Part shown: in pieces, positions 38,032 to 48,458 of the stretch | Position numbering within the stretch: position 1 is the first letter of the stretch | Layout: each line of letters opens with the position of its first letter | Assembly: GCA_043745805.1 (NCBI GenBank) | Contig: JAYTSD010000008.1 | Coordinates: forward strand, 160,001-224,000 | DNA from: Fibrobacteria bacterium | GTDB lineage: Bacteria > Fibrobacterota > Fibrobacteria > UBA11236 | Length of the DNA: 64,000 nucleotides | Direction of reading: 5' to 3' | Program-made: the position numbers and the translations under genes | The notes under the pieces: model-generated | Seen by the model: only the letters and a program-made list of their open reading frames with translations | Database searches by the model: none | What the model was told of the DNA's origin: nothing

Positions 38032-38858
38032 TATACTTTTGCCTCCGTGCAAATTTTATTTAAAGGGCATTTTTTACAACTTGCGAAAAATATTCGGCAG
38101 GCATAATCAGTAGCCTCTTTTTGTAAAAAAATTTCTGCTCCTGAATAAATTATCGTTGGGTTTTTGGGAAAAAGACTTTGAAAAAAAACATTAAAATATT
38201 GATGCTTTGCCTGTGGTGTTTCCCAAGGCAAAAGCTTTGCGTTTTTTAAAGGCCCTAAAGTAAAAACAATACGACTTTGATTTTGGGTAACCGGTAATTT
38301 AAAATCCACCCAATAGGCACTAGGCCAAGTAAAAATATCTATTTGACTTACTAGCCATAAAAAAAGACGGGGTTTATTTTGATAAGCCGAAGTTTTACCC
38401 ATTAAATATATTTCTTGGCTCAAAGGAGTAATGGCCTTTTCTGCCTGAGAAAACCTATTTAGCCACTTAGATAAACCTTTATATTGAAAAAAGAAATCAC
38501 AGACACTGCGCAAAATACCTGGAATCTTTTCTCTTAAAGGATGATTTCCTAAAGGTTTATACGCCAAGATAAAATTTTGCAAAGTGTTAAATTCCAATTT
38601 ATTTAATCGGAAAATATCATTTCCGTATTCTTTGAAAAGTGCGACTAAAAAATTGAGATTCGTGTCTTCTTTAAAACCGGAAAGCGCCGCATAAAAAAGT
38701 AAAATACCTGTGCCTTTATCATCATCTATTTTAAAGGGAAACTGAGGATTTGATCCGTCTTTAAAAGCAGTAAAGAGAGCTGGCTTTTGTTTTTGTACAG
38801 CCAAAAAATAATTTCGAAGAGCTTCCGCAATTTGCGGGTTTCTCTCCGTCCAATTCAA
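38031..38858 (-). CDS. Hypothetical protein with an EndoIII-type C-X6-C-X2-C-X5-C [4Fe-4S] motif (possible divergent HhH-GPD/DUF2400 relative)
   Basis: C-terminal CRIFFASCKKCPLNKIC; KPRLFLW and LPVTQN segments at HhH/PVD-like positions. Confidence 0.55.
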   Translation of the reverse strand: MNWTERNPQIAEALRNYFLAVQKQKPALFTAFKDGSNPQFPFKIDDDKGTGILLFYAALSGFKEDTNLNFLVALFKEYGNDIFRLNKLEFNTLQNFILAYKPLGNHPLREKIPGILRSVCDFFFQYKGLSKWLNRFSQAEKAITPLSQEIYLMGKTSAYQNKPRLFLWLVSQIDIFTWPSAYWVDFKLPVTQNQSRIVFTLGPLKNAKLLPWETPQAKHQYFNVFFQSLFPKNPTIIYSGAEIFLQKEATDYACRIFFASCKKCPLNKICTEAKV

Positions 38859-39694
38859 TCGGCTAGCCCTTGACCCATTCTTAGCTTAACAGGACCATCG
38901 GCAAGGGAAACATTAAAGTTACCTATCAGATGTGAAGTGCCAATCAAAATAACCGTGGATCCTAATTCAAAACATCCGAGCCCTTGGCCCTTTTCTAAGT
39001 ATAGAGGTTGCTCAGGAATCCAAATTATTTCGCTACGCTTACCCCATTTATTGGCATGTAAAGTGGGCAAGAAATCTAAAGTAATGCGGCCTACATTGGT
39101 AGCACCCACCATAATAACTAAAATTTTTTCGCCAGCATTTTCCAACTCCACAATAATTCGTTCATTCACCGTGAAAAGACCATCAATATGCTGCACGCTC
39201 CACGTATTTACTGGCCATAAAGCACCAGGTAAATAGGTAACTTGAGTAATACGTCCGCCTATGGGCGCGTGAATGCGATGGTAATTGTAAGGGGCTAAAT
39301 AAATTGTTTGATAAAATCCATTTAAATAAGGCTCTGCATCGATTTGCTTACCGATTAAACCCTTTAAGGTATAATCTTTCCCTTTGATTTGGGTTAACTT
39401 AGGTGTTTCCCCCACTAATTTACCCATTTGCGTTAAAGTTCCATCTACCGGTGACACCAAAGTATTTTTAGCAATTGGCCTTGCGCCACTTTTTAATTGG
39501 CGAATAAATAAATCGCTCAAGGTCGCATAATGATCCTGAGGAAACTCGGCGTCACTCATGTCTAAGTGATAAGCTCTTACAAAAAAATCGCGAATAATTT
39601 TATTTAGGTCAAAGGGTAAATGCTTTCGGGTTAAAACACCAAAAGCATAACTCAACCAATTTTTGGGGACTAAATAAAGCAGATAAAAAAACAT
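38855..39694 (-). CDS. psd: Phosphatidylserine decarboxylase
   Basis: SPVDG, YLAPYNYHRIH, NER, VGATNVG and the LGST self-cleavage motif. Confidence 0.95.
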   Translation of the reverse strand: MFFYLLYLVPKNWLSYAFGVLTRKHLPFDLNKIIRDFFVRAYHLDMSDAEFPQDHYATLSDLFIRQLKSGARPIAKNTLVSPVDGTLTQMGKLVGETPKLTQIKGKDYTLKGLIGKQIDAEPYLNGFYQTIYLAPYNYHRIHAPIGGRITQVTYLPGALWPVNTWSVQHIDGLFTVNERIIVELENAGEKILVIMVGATNVGRITLDFLPTLHANKWGKRSEIIWIPEQPLYLEKGQGLGCFELGSTVILIGTSHLIGNFNVSLADGPVKLRMGQGLAD

Positions 39695-39727
39695 AAGGGG
39701 GAATTTATAAAAATGAAGGAGGTTTAT

Positions 39728-39811
39728 TGCGGTCGCGCGGACTTGAACCGCGAAGGGGTTGCCCCCACCAGCACCTCAAGCTGGCGTGTCTACCAATTTC
39801 ACCACGACCGC
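39728..39811 (-). tRNA. tRNA-Leu (anticodon GAG), CCA not encoded
   Basis: GCGGTCG/CGACCGC-A acceptor, CCAGC-TT-GAG-GT-GCTGG anticodon arm, long variable arm, GGTTCAAGTCC; classic position after secG. Confidence 0.95.
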
Positions 39812-39821
39812 GAAAACTTTT

Positions 39822-40211
39822 TTACTTACTTGGAGCTGGTTCGGAGGTTTCTACACCAGGAATAGCACCTGGAGCCGTTGGCAATGCAGAAGGCATAGTC
39901 GAAGTGGGTAAGCCACTCGAAAGACCTTTTTGAGCAGATTTCAATTCCGATTCAGCTTGTGTGCTATGCGAAAGCTTTGCAGAAATCACATTAAGTCCAA
40001 GTATAACCACGAATAACCCTACCGCCACCCAAGTGGTAATGGTGGTAATGAAAGTCGCTGCGGATGAACCGGAGAATGCAGCATTACTACCCATTCCACC
40101 AAATGCACCGGCTAAACCGCCACCTTTATCATTTTGGATTAATACCAAAAGTATAAGCAGCAAGCAAACTAAAACGTGAACAATAATTAAGATGTTGAAC
40201 CAGATATTCAT
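39822..40211 (-). CDS. secG: Preprotein translocase subunit SecG
   Basis: Two TMs with VLIQ..KGGGLAGAFGG; tpiA-secG-tRNA-Leu synteny. Confidence 0.95.
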   Translation of the reverse strand: MNIWFNILIIVHVLVCLLLILLVLIQNDKGGGLAGAFGGMGSNAAFSGSSAATFITTITTWVAVGLFVVILGLNVISAKLSHSTQAESELKSAQKGLSSGLPTSTMPSALPTAPGAIPGVETSEPAPSK

Positions 40212-40233
40212 TTTGGCCTAGTTGGTTAGGATT

Positions 40234-40995
40234 TTAAACGGCCTGAATAATACCTAAAAAGCTATCGGCTTTCAAGGAAGCGCCACCAATTAATCCACCA
40301 TCTACGTCGGGTTTTTGTAATAAACCTTTAGCATTGTCTGGCTTCATGCTTCCACCATATTGAATGCGAATCACTTCCGCAGTTTGCGAGTCATAAAGCT
40401 TAACCAATAATTGACGAATAAATAAATGCACCTCTTGTGCTTGTTCATCACTAGCGGTTTTGCCAGTTCCAATTGCCCAAACGGGTTCATAAGCAATTAC
40501 CGTTTTTTGCGCATCAGCCGCACTCAAGCCAGTATAGGCTCCACGAATTTGCATCTCCACCACTTTTTCGGTAAGATTGCGTTCACGTTCCGCTAAAGTT
40601 TCGCCTACACAAACAATAGGCGTTAAACCTTCGGTTAAAACTTTTTTGGTTTTGCGATTTACTGTTTCATCGGTTTCATGAAAATAAGTGCGTTGTTCGG
40701 AATGCCCTAGTATCACAAATGTTACCCCGATGGCTTTAAGCATATCTACCGAAACTTTGCCGGTAAAGGCGCCTTGATTTTCCCAATGTGCATCTTGTGC
40801 GCCTACATGAATACCCGTACCCTGTAAGATACTAGCTACTTTTTCTAAAGCTAAAAAAGTGGGGCAAACGATAATTTCGGCTTTGTTTTGCCAATCGCCT
40901 TGTTTAGCTAAGGCTAAAATATCCATAGCCAACTGCGCCGATTCCGCAACAGTTTTATTCATTTTCCAATTACCTGCAATAATTTTCTTACGCAT
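40234..40995 (-). CDS. tpiA: Triosephosphate isomerase
   Basis: AGNWKMN, GHSE, AYEPVWAIGTG, YGGS. Confidence 0.98.
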   Translation of the reverse strand: MRKKIIAGNWKMNKTVAESAQLAMDILALAKQGDWQNKAEIIVCPTFLALEKVASILQGTGIHVGAQDAHWENQGAFTGKVSVDMLKAIGVTFVILGHSEQRTYFHETDETVNRKTKKVLTEGLTPIVCVGETLAERERNLTEKVVEMQIRGAYTGLSAADAQKTVIAYEPVWAIGTGKTASDEQAQEVHLFIRQLLVKLYDSQTAEVIRIQYGGSMKPDNAKGLLQKPDVDGGLIGGASLKADSFLGIIQAV

Positions 40996-41054
40996 TATTT
41001 CTCATTATTCTTTATCAATTATTTATCTGCTACTTATCTATTACTGTGGATGGG

Positions 41055-42254
41055 CTACTTTTTATCCGTAAGCGCTGCTACACCAGGCAAAATCTTGCCT
41101 TCGAGGAATTCCAAGGAAGCGCCGCCACCTGTGGACACATGCGAAACTTTATCTTCCAAATGCAACTGCTCAATTGCCGCTGCGGAATCACCACCACCAA
41201 TAACGGTGATACCACCCTTTGCGGTGGCTTCGGTCAAAGCTTTGGCTACGCCAAAAGTTCCCGCCGCACTCGCTTCAATTTCAAAAACGCCCATCGGGCC
41301 ATTCCAACAAACAGTTTTAGCTTCGCGAATAATATCGCTAAATAAAGTCACTGATTTTGGACCAATGTCTACAGATTCTTTATCGGTAGGGATGCCATTA
41401 TAATCCACGGCACTAATACTACCCAGAGTACGCGCACCAAAATCCAAATTGTCCGTAACTACAAAGTCAACCGGCAATTGAATTTTGCCTTTACCTTTTT
41501 CGAGTAATGATTTTGCTAATTCGAGTTTATCATTTTCAACCAAGGATTTTCCAATTTCTACGCCTTGGCTTTTCATAAAAGTATAAGCCATGCCACCGCC
41601 AATAATAAGCTTGTCCACTTTAGGGAGTAACGCTTGTATGACGTCAATTTTTCCGGAGATTTTTGATCCCCCGATAATCGCTACAAAAGGACGCTTAGGA
41701 TTATCTAAGGCACCGCCTAAAAAATCCAATTCTTTTTTCATCAAATAGCCAGAAGCATTTTGACTAAAATAATGGGTGATGCCTTCGGTGGAAGCATGCG
41801 CACGATGCGCGCTGCCGAAAGCATCATTCACATAAATATCAGCGAGTGAGGCTAGCTTTTTAGCAAACCCCGCATCATTAGCTTCTTCCTCTGCATAAAA
41901 ACGCAGATTTTCAAGCAACAACACTTCGCCTTCTTTTAATTCTTGCACGGCTTTTTCCACATCGGGGCCTATGCAATCTTTGGTGCTTTTTACCGAAATA
42001 CCAAGTAATTCACTCAGTGCTTTAGCCACTGGAGCCATGCGCATGCTTTCATTCACCTTCCCTTTGGGACGGCCTAAATGAGACATGAGTAAGGTCTTAG
42101 CGCCTTGGGCGATTAAGTAACGAATAGTAGGCAAGGACTCGCGTAAACGCTTATCACTTTCCACCGTTTCGCCTTTGAGAGGAACATTAAAGTCCACTCT
42201 CACAATTACTTTTTTGCCTTTTAATTGCAAATCTTCGATAAAAAGCTTGGCCAT
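41055..42254 (-). CDS. pgk: Phosphoglycerate kinase
   Basis: RVDFNVP, SHLGRP, LLENLRF, NGPMGVFE, STGGGASLE. Confidence 0.98.
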   Translation of the reverse strand: MAKLFIEDLQLKGKKVIVRVDFNVPLKGETVESDKRLRESLPTIRYLIAQGAKTLLMSHLGRPKGKVNESMRMAPVAKALSELLGISVKSTKDCIGPDVEKAVQELKEGEVLLLENLRFYAEEEANDAGFAKKLASLADIYVNDAFGSAHRAHASTEGITHYFSQNASGYLMKKELDFLGGALDNPKRPFVAIIGGSKISGKIDVIQALLPKVDKLIIGGGMAYTFMKSQGVEIGKSLVENDKLELAKSLLEKGKGKIQLPVDFVVTDNLDFGARTLGSISAVDYNGIPTDKESVDIGPKSVTLFSDIIREAKTVCWNGPMGVFEIEASAAGTFGVAKALTEATAKGGITVIGGGDSAAAIEQLHLEDKVSHVSTGGGASLEFLEGKILPGVAALTDKK

Positions 42255-42257
42255 GAT

Positions 42258-43268
<1,011 letters not shown>

Positions 43269-43297
43269 CTAGTGAGTCTTGTTAAGAACGCAAATAT

Positions 43298-43318
43298 AAA
43301 AAACGCAGGCCAGCCTGC
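43298..43318 (-). terminator. Intrinsic terminator after the FHA-SLT gene, overlapping a putative gap promoter
   Basis: GCAGG-CTGG-CCTGC-GTTTTTT on the minus strand; TTGCAG-N16-TATATT overlaps it. Confidence 0.55.
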
Positions 43319-43333
43319 AAGCCACTAATCGTT

Positions 43334-44926
43334 TTAAGGACTTAACCCATAGCGCGCACGATTTTTATCAATGATCATGGTTGCAATAATTTTTGGAACA
43401 TATTCATTAGTTTCAGCGGCAAGCGAACCCATGCGATAAATATACCAGAAGTCGCGATTATTAACGGGATCGTCAATACGGCGCAAAGCCTTGCGAATAG
43501 TGCCTTCCCCTGCGTTATAGGCAGCCATGGCTAAAGCAACATCTCCAAATTCAGCATAAAGCGTTTTTAAATATTTTACTCCCGAAGCGGTTGAAAGCAC
43601 TGGATCAGTGCGTTGATCTTCTTCTGGTGGCAAATTTTGCCAGTTCTCGGGCACACGTAAACCATAATCACGGCCTGTTTGCGGCATAAATTGCCAAATT
43701 CCTCTAGCGCCAGCCTTACTCACAATCACAGGATTTAAACAACTTTCATGCATGGCTAAGTACAAAAAAGCAATAGGCATACCCTGCTTAGTTAATTCAT
43801 TTTCGATAATAGTTTCATATTTACTTTTATTTGCAAAAGCACTTTCAATAATGCGGCGCGTGCCCGTTTTGGTAAAAGTGTAAATATGCTTTTCCACTTG
43901 GGAGATAAAAATATCCGGTACTATATAATTTTCTTTTCCAAAGCCTTGAAGGATGGTGTGAATCTCTCGTCCCAAGGGATTTTTATAGGTATTAATTAAA
44001 TCCTTAGAATTTAAATTGCTACGCACCGACATGAGTTGTCTTTCCGCCGCACGCAGCTTGGCTACAAGTTGCGCTCTTTCTTCATCGGTTTCACCACTAG
44101 CGCCATCAAGTGTTGGACGCACGGCTTGTTCGCGCGCGAGTTCATTTTCTAATTCATGTATGTCGGTTACCAAATGTTCTTGTTTTTTTAATTTTCCGCG
44201 ATAGCCCATGTTTTGATAAGCCAAAAGAGAAACAATAATCAAAGCCACACCGGTTATACTAAGAGTAATAGTTAAACCTTTTTTGCGTGAAGAAGAATAA
44301 GCCATTGAAGCCGATTGAATCATACGCGCATCTTTTTGTCCTAAGACACCACTTTGAACTAAGCGGGCCGCACGTTTTTTGTCCTTTAATAAATCATGTA
44401 CTTCCTGATGATCCACTTCATCATTTTTAAAACGATGAGCAAGGCCAATGGTATAATTGCCCGCATCCCCCAAACTCGAATTGGGTGGATTAGAAAAATC
44501 GGGTTTACTTTTGTTTCGAGGTCGATTTTCAGGAGGTGGAAAAGCTGCGGGAATATCTCTGCCGCGCACCAATGTTTCAGTGACCGGCATATTTCCTAAA
44601 ACTCTAAATTTGGGTCCATTCTGTCCCAAGCTCACAATGTCATTAAATTTTAATGCAACCCTATCTATTCTTTCGCCATTTACAAAAGTGCCATTGCGAC
44701 TTCCCATATCGGTGAGTATTAAATTATCGCCTTCGGGTGCTATGGAGGCATGCATACTGGAAACTAAGGTGCCATCTGGCCCAGAAAAACATAAAGTAGA
44801 TTCACCAGCTCTGCCCAAAGTGATCTCTCCTGTGACTTTCATTTTTTTTCCAACTTGATTGCCAGAAATCACTTGTAGAAAAAATTCATTCACTTGATTA
44901 TCACTCCCTAGATTTTTCAAAATCAC
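43334..44926 (-). CDS. FHA domain - TM - coiled coil - lytic transglycosylase (SLT/MltD-like)
   Basis: FHA motifs LGR, VSSMHA, DMGSRNGTFVNG; one TM; SLT motifs AMHES, AGARGIWQFMPQTG, AAYNAGEG, ETNEYVPK. The start may be GTG 44893. Confidence 0.88.
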   Translation of the reverse strand: MILKNLGSDNQVNEFFLQVISGNQVGKKMKVTGEITLGRAGESTLCFSGPDGTLVSSMHASIAPEGDNLILTDMGSRNGTFVNGERIDRVALKFNDIVSLGQNGPKFRVLGNMPVTETLVRGRDIPAAFPPPENRPRNKSKPDFSNPPNSSLGDAGNYTIGLAHRFKNDEVDHQEVHDLLKDKKRAARLVQSGVLGQKDARMIQSASMAYSSSRKKGLTITLSITGVALIIVSLLAYQNMGYRGKLKKQEHLVTDIHELENELAREQAVRPTLDGASGETDEERAQLVAKLRAAERQLMSVRSNLNSKDLINTYKNPLGREIHTILQGFGKENYIVPDIFISQVEKHIYTFTKTGTRRIIESAFANKSKYETIIENELTKQGMPIAFLYLAMHESCLNPVIVSKAGARGIWQFMPQTGRDYGLRVPENWQNLPPEEDQRTDPVLSTASGVKYLKTLYAEFGDVALAMAAYNAGEGTIRKALRRIDDPVNNRDFWYIYRMGSLAAETNEYVPKIIATMIIDKNRARYGLSP

Positions 44927-45077
44927 TTTTCAATCTGAGGAAAATTATAGCTAATTCAAGATGGAGTGGGAAATTGGCGGCCTAGTCCGCCTGAATAATT
45001 TATAATAATTAGCATTCACCCTTTAACTAATTGGGGTTAGTATTGGTTTTTCCAAAAGCAAATTTTTACGCCTTTAA

Positions 45078-48000
45078 ATGCATATGACAAAAATGCTGAG
45101 GAAAAAATATCTCTATTTCCTTATTCGGTTTGGATTACTCCTTGGATTAATCGGTGCATTATTATTTAACTGTTCCCCACTACAAAAAAAACCCACCTCC
45201 CAAAACATATTCACAACACAAAGCACTGCTGTCGCGAGTAAAAAAAAACCACTTTATCCTCTTAAACCATTTTCCAGTCTAACTTTATTTTCCAAATACC
45301 AGCTAAAAGCAAAATCAGGAGCTTGGGGTGAAAATCCCATCCTTCGAGAAACTCAAGGTTACCCTATAAAAAGCTTACAGCATTTGCTTGCGCCCGAAAT
45401 GCAGTTAAAAATTTTTGCAACCACTTTACCCGCAGAAATGGGGCAGAAAGATTTAGCACGGGCCTTAGCCTATTTATTTAAACTCGATCCTCAAAAGGCA
45501 AATACAAAAAATCAAGAAGGGCCATCTTACTGGATACCTCCTAATGACACATTGAAGCATTTTGGAATTTCAGTGCAAAAAGATAGTCTTCTGTTTTTTC
45601 TCGAAATTACATCCCCTACTTTATTAAACCGCAATGACTTAGGAGTATTGCCTGATCTACAATTAGACTCTCTGGTTGGCGTTTTTAAAATTCCTGCCGA
45701 CACCTTATCCGATAGTTTTTTAGGGGCCATAGAAAATAGCTTAGGCTTAAGTGCTATTGAAGATTCGAGTTGGACACTGGCACATAAACATTTTAACAAA
45801 GCATTGGCCGCAGAAAATAATCCGGTATATTTAATTAATGCCTCGGCCTTGTTTCGACTGCAAAAACATTATGCGGAAGGGATTCATAGTCTATTAAAGT
45901 ATCCTCAATTGTTAGCGCAATCTTCGGAGTTATGTGGAATTCTCGGATCCATTTATGAGGAAGTTAGCGATTTTGAATCTGCCAAAATATGGGCCATTAA
46001 AGCCCTAGAAGGTGATCCACAAAATGCGGAGTGGTTAATTAATCTTTCGGATGCTTTATGGGGCTTAGGCGACAAGGTGCATTCCAAAAATGTGTTGTTG
46101 AAAACTTATCATGAAAGGCCCACCTTTCGTCTTTCAGTTTATTTGGCAGCCACCTATTTAGGCTTGGAAGAATACGATAATGCCAGACAAGTATTATTAC
46201 AAGCCCATAATGATACCCTTCCGTCTCCTCAATCCGCTGAATATTATTTACGCACACTTTATGGATTAAAAGAATATGAAAAAGCCTTGGCATTTTTTCA
46301 AGAAATGGATGAAAAAAATGCAACCGCTAATAGTTTTTTAATCAAAGCCTATTGTGAATTTCATTTAAAAATTTATCAACAGGCCGCAAACTCGGTTAAA
46401 AAAACTCTAGCCTTAATGCCTAGTTTAACGGAGGCGCAACAATTATCTAGTCAAATAGCCGCATTGATGGGAGGTCGCAGTAATCTGATTTTAAAAACCG
46501 CCATTATCCCTTTGAAAAGTGAAAGTACTTTGAAAAATGCTGTGGAAATTTTAGCCGAACCAGCCACGCAAAATCTATTAATGGAATACCCCTTAGTACT
46601 TCTCGATCAACACTATACCTTTGCTTACACCTTGGGACATAAATGGAAAAAAACCTGTTCACAAATTTTTATGATTCCCGATGGAAACAAACTCTTTCGT
46701 TTCTCAGAATTAAATTTTGATCTTAATCCCAACTATGCGCATTTTTATGTGAATACTTTTCGCATTTATAATTTGAATCTCAAGCTAATGGATCAAGGTA
46801 AGTTTTCAGACTATTATGTGACAAAAAATCACAATACCACTTTGCTTCCCGAAAATTTATTGATTCATCTTCCGTTGAAAAATCGTGGTGGACCTTTTTT
46901 ATTAGAAGTAGTAACCACAGAAGAAGCCCAAGCCAACTCGCAAGAATTTCCCTATTTGCGGTATTATCACAGCTACCCCTACCCTGCCTTGCGCAGTAGC
47001 TATGAAATTTTACACCCTCCTAAAGGCCTACTCTTGAATACCTTTGGAGAAACCGATATTGATTCATTGGGTGGTCATCTAATTGTGCGTATGCCTAATT
47101 TAAGTTTACCCATCGCCAGTACGTTTAGTCCCGATGTAGATGAATTTTCTAGTGGATTTTCACTGTCCCCTTTTAAAACATGGAAGGAAATTGGAAAAAA
47201 TTATACCGCCTTGCTTCCTAAAGCCAATTTATGGGTAGATTCTATACCACTTTCGGTACGCGAAAAGGCGCAAGAAATTCTCGACACACATCGGGGCATC
47301 GACCCTGTATTAGCGCTATTTCAATATGTAAGAGACTCTATTCATTACAATAATTTCGAATTTAATTTGAATGCTCTCATTCCCGAAAAACCCGAAGCTG
47401 TTTTGGTAAAAGGTTTTGCCGATTGCAAAGGCCATGCATTACTCCTCTATCAACTTTTACGCGCACGGAATATTCCCGCAGAACTTTGCCTTATAAGTTT
47501 ATCGCATATTGGTGATCCCGCTCAACCTAGTTTAGATCAATTTAATCATATGATTGTGCATATTCCTTCCTTCAGTAAAAACCTAGATGGGTATTTAGAT
47601 GCCACGGAAAAAATGGCCGCATTTAGACGGAGTCCCCTGGGCTTAGAGGGAAGAAACGCCTTAATTGTAGACGGAAATAATTCACGTTTAGTTACCCTAC
47701 CTATTTTAGATAGTATCGCCGAGCATCGTGTAGAAGTTTATCATAGCGTACAAATCGATAGATTTTTAATGGCTACGCAAAAAGACAGTATTGTACTTAC
47801 GGGGAAAATTGCGGCGGGATTTCGTGAACAACTTGTGCATTGGAATAACAATACCAAAAATCAAAAATTATTAAGCTGGCTCGCTGAAAGTTATCCCAAT
47901 TTTTCGGAAGAAAAATTTGAAATTTTGAATGGCGATAAACCCGATGAACCTTTAATTTTACAATTTCGCTGCAAAAGAAAATTTCTAATGCAAAGTAATA

Positions 48001-48356
48001 ATCAAGCCTTCGAATATTTTCCCAATTTAGAACTGAGTTTTTTGCGTTATCCCAAATCTAAAAATCGAAAATCTCCCTTTTATTTTCCCCATGCGGTGCA
48101 AATTCATTCGCAATGGATTTATCGTATTCCTCAAGGGTTTCAGTGGAAATCCTTGAATCTTGACCGTGAAATTAAAGAGCAAAATTTGCATTGGATGCTT
48201 TCAATTCAACAAACTCAAAACGAGCAAATTCAAATTGCACAAACTTGGGATATTGAACCTTTTATAGCAGAACCTGATGAATATGAAAAGATTCAAGCCG
48301 CATGGGATTCTATTCTCAGTCGCGCTGGACTCAAACTCATGCTCTCTAAGCTATAA
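45078..48356 (+). CDS. Lipoprotein-like TPR plus transglutaminase-like protein (DUF3857-type architecture)
   Basis: LLFNC lipobox-like leader, TPR block, Cys-His-Asp triad (ADCKGH, FNHMI, YLDAT). Confidence 0.75.
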   Translation: MHMTKMLRKKYLYFLIRFGLLLGLIGALLFNCSPLQKKPTSQNIFTTQSTAVASKKKPLYPLKPFSSLTLFSKYQLKAKSGAWGENPILRETQGYPIKSLQHLLAPEMQLKIFATTLPAEMGQKDLARALAYLFKLDPQKANTKNQEGPSYWIPPNDTLKHFGISVQKDSLLFFLEITSPTLLNRNDLGVLPDLQLDSLVGVFKIPADTLSDSFLGAIENSLGLSAIEDSSWTLAHKHFNKALAAENNPVYLINASALFRLQKHYAEGIHSLLKYPQLLAQSSELCGILGSIYEEVSDFESAKIWAIKALEGDPQNAEWLINLSDALWGLGDKVHSKNVLLKTYHERPTFRLSVYLAATYLGLEEYDNARQVLLQAHNDTLPSPQSAEYYLRTLYGLKEYEKALAFFQEMDEKNATANSFLIKAYCEFHLKIYQQAANSVKKTLALMPSLTEAQQLSSQIAALMGGRSNLILKTAIIPLKSESTLKNAVEILAEPATQNLLMEYPLVLLDQHYTFAYTLGHKWKKTCSQIFMIPDGNKLFRFSELNFDLNPNYAHFYVNTFRIYNLNLKLMDQGKFSDYYVTKNHNTTLLPENLLIHLPLKNRGGPFLLEVVTTEEAQANSQEFPYLRYYHSYPYPALRSSYEILHPPKGLLLNTFGETDIDSLGGHLIVRMPNLSLPIASTFSPDVDEFSSGFSLSPFKTWKEIGKNYTALLPKANLWVDSIPLSVREKAQEILDTHRGIDPVLALFQYVRDSIHYNNFEFNLNALIPEKPEAVLVKGFADCKGHALLLYQLLRARNIPAELCLISLSHIGDPAQPSLDQFNHMIVHIPSFSKNLDGYLDATEKMAAFRRSPLGLEGRNALIVDGNNSRLVTLPILDSIAEHRVEVYHSVQIDRFLMATQKDSIVLTGKIAAGFREQLVHWNNNTKNQKLLSWLAESYPNFSEEKFEILNGDKPDEPLILQFRCKRKFLMQSNNQAFEYFPNLELSFLRYPKSKNRKSPFYFPHAVQIHSQWIYRIPQGFQWKSLNLDREIKEQNLHWMLSIQQTQNEQIQIAQTWDIEPFIAEPDEYEKIQAAWDSILSRAGLKLMLSKL

Positions 48357-48458
48357 ACCAAAACCAATCTCGCCTCTTTGTTACAACGACACCGCAAAAC
48401 CCACTACTTGAGCTTTAGTTTATTAAATTTCTTCCAAATCATAATTTCAGGAAATGTT

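Noticed and set aside
39727-39933. 68-aa plus-strand ORF
   Set aside because: It is an antisense reading of tRNA-Leu and secG.
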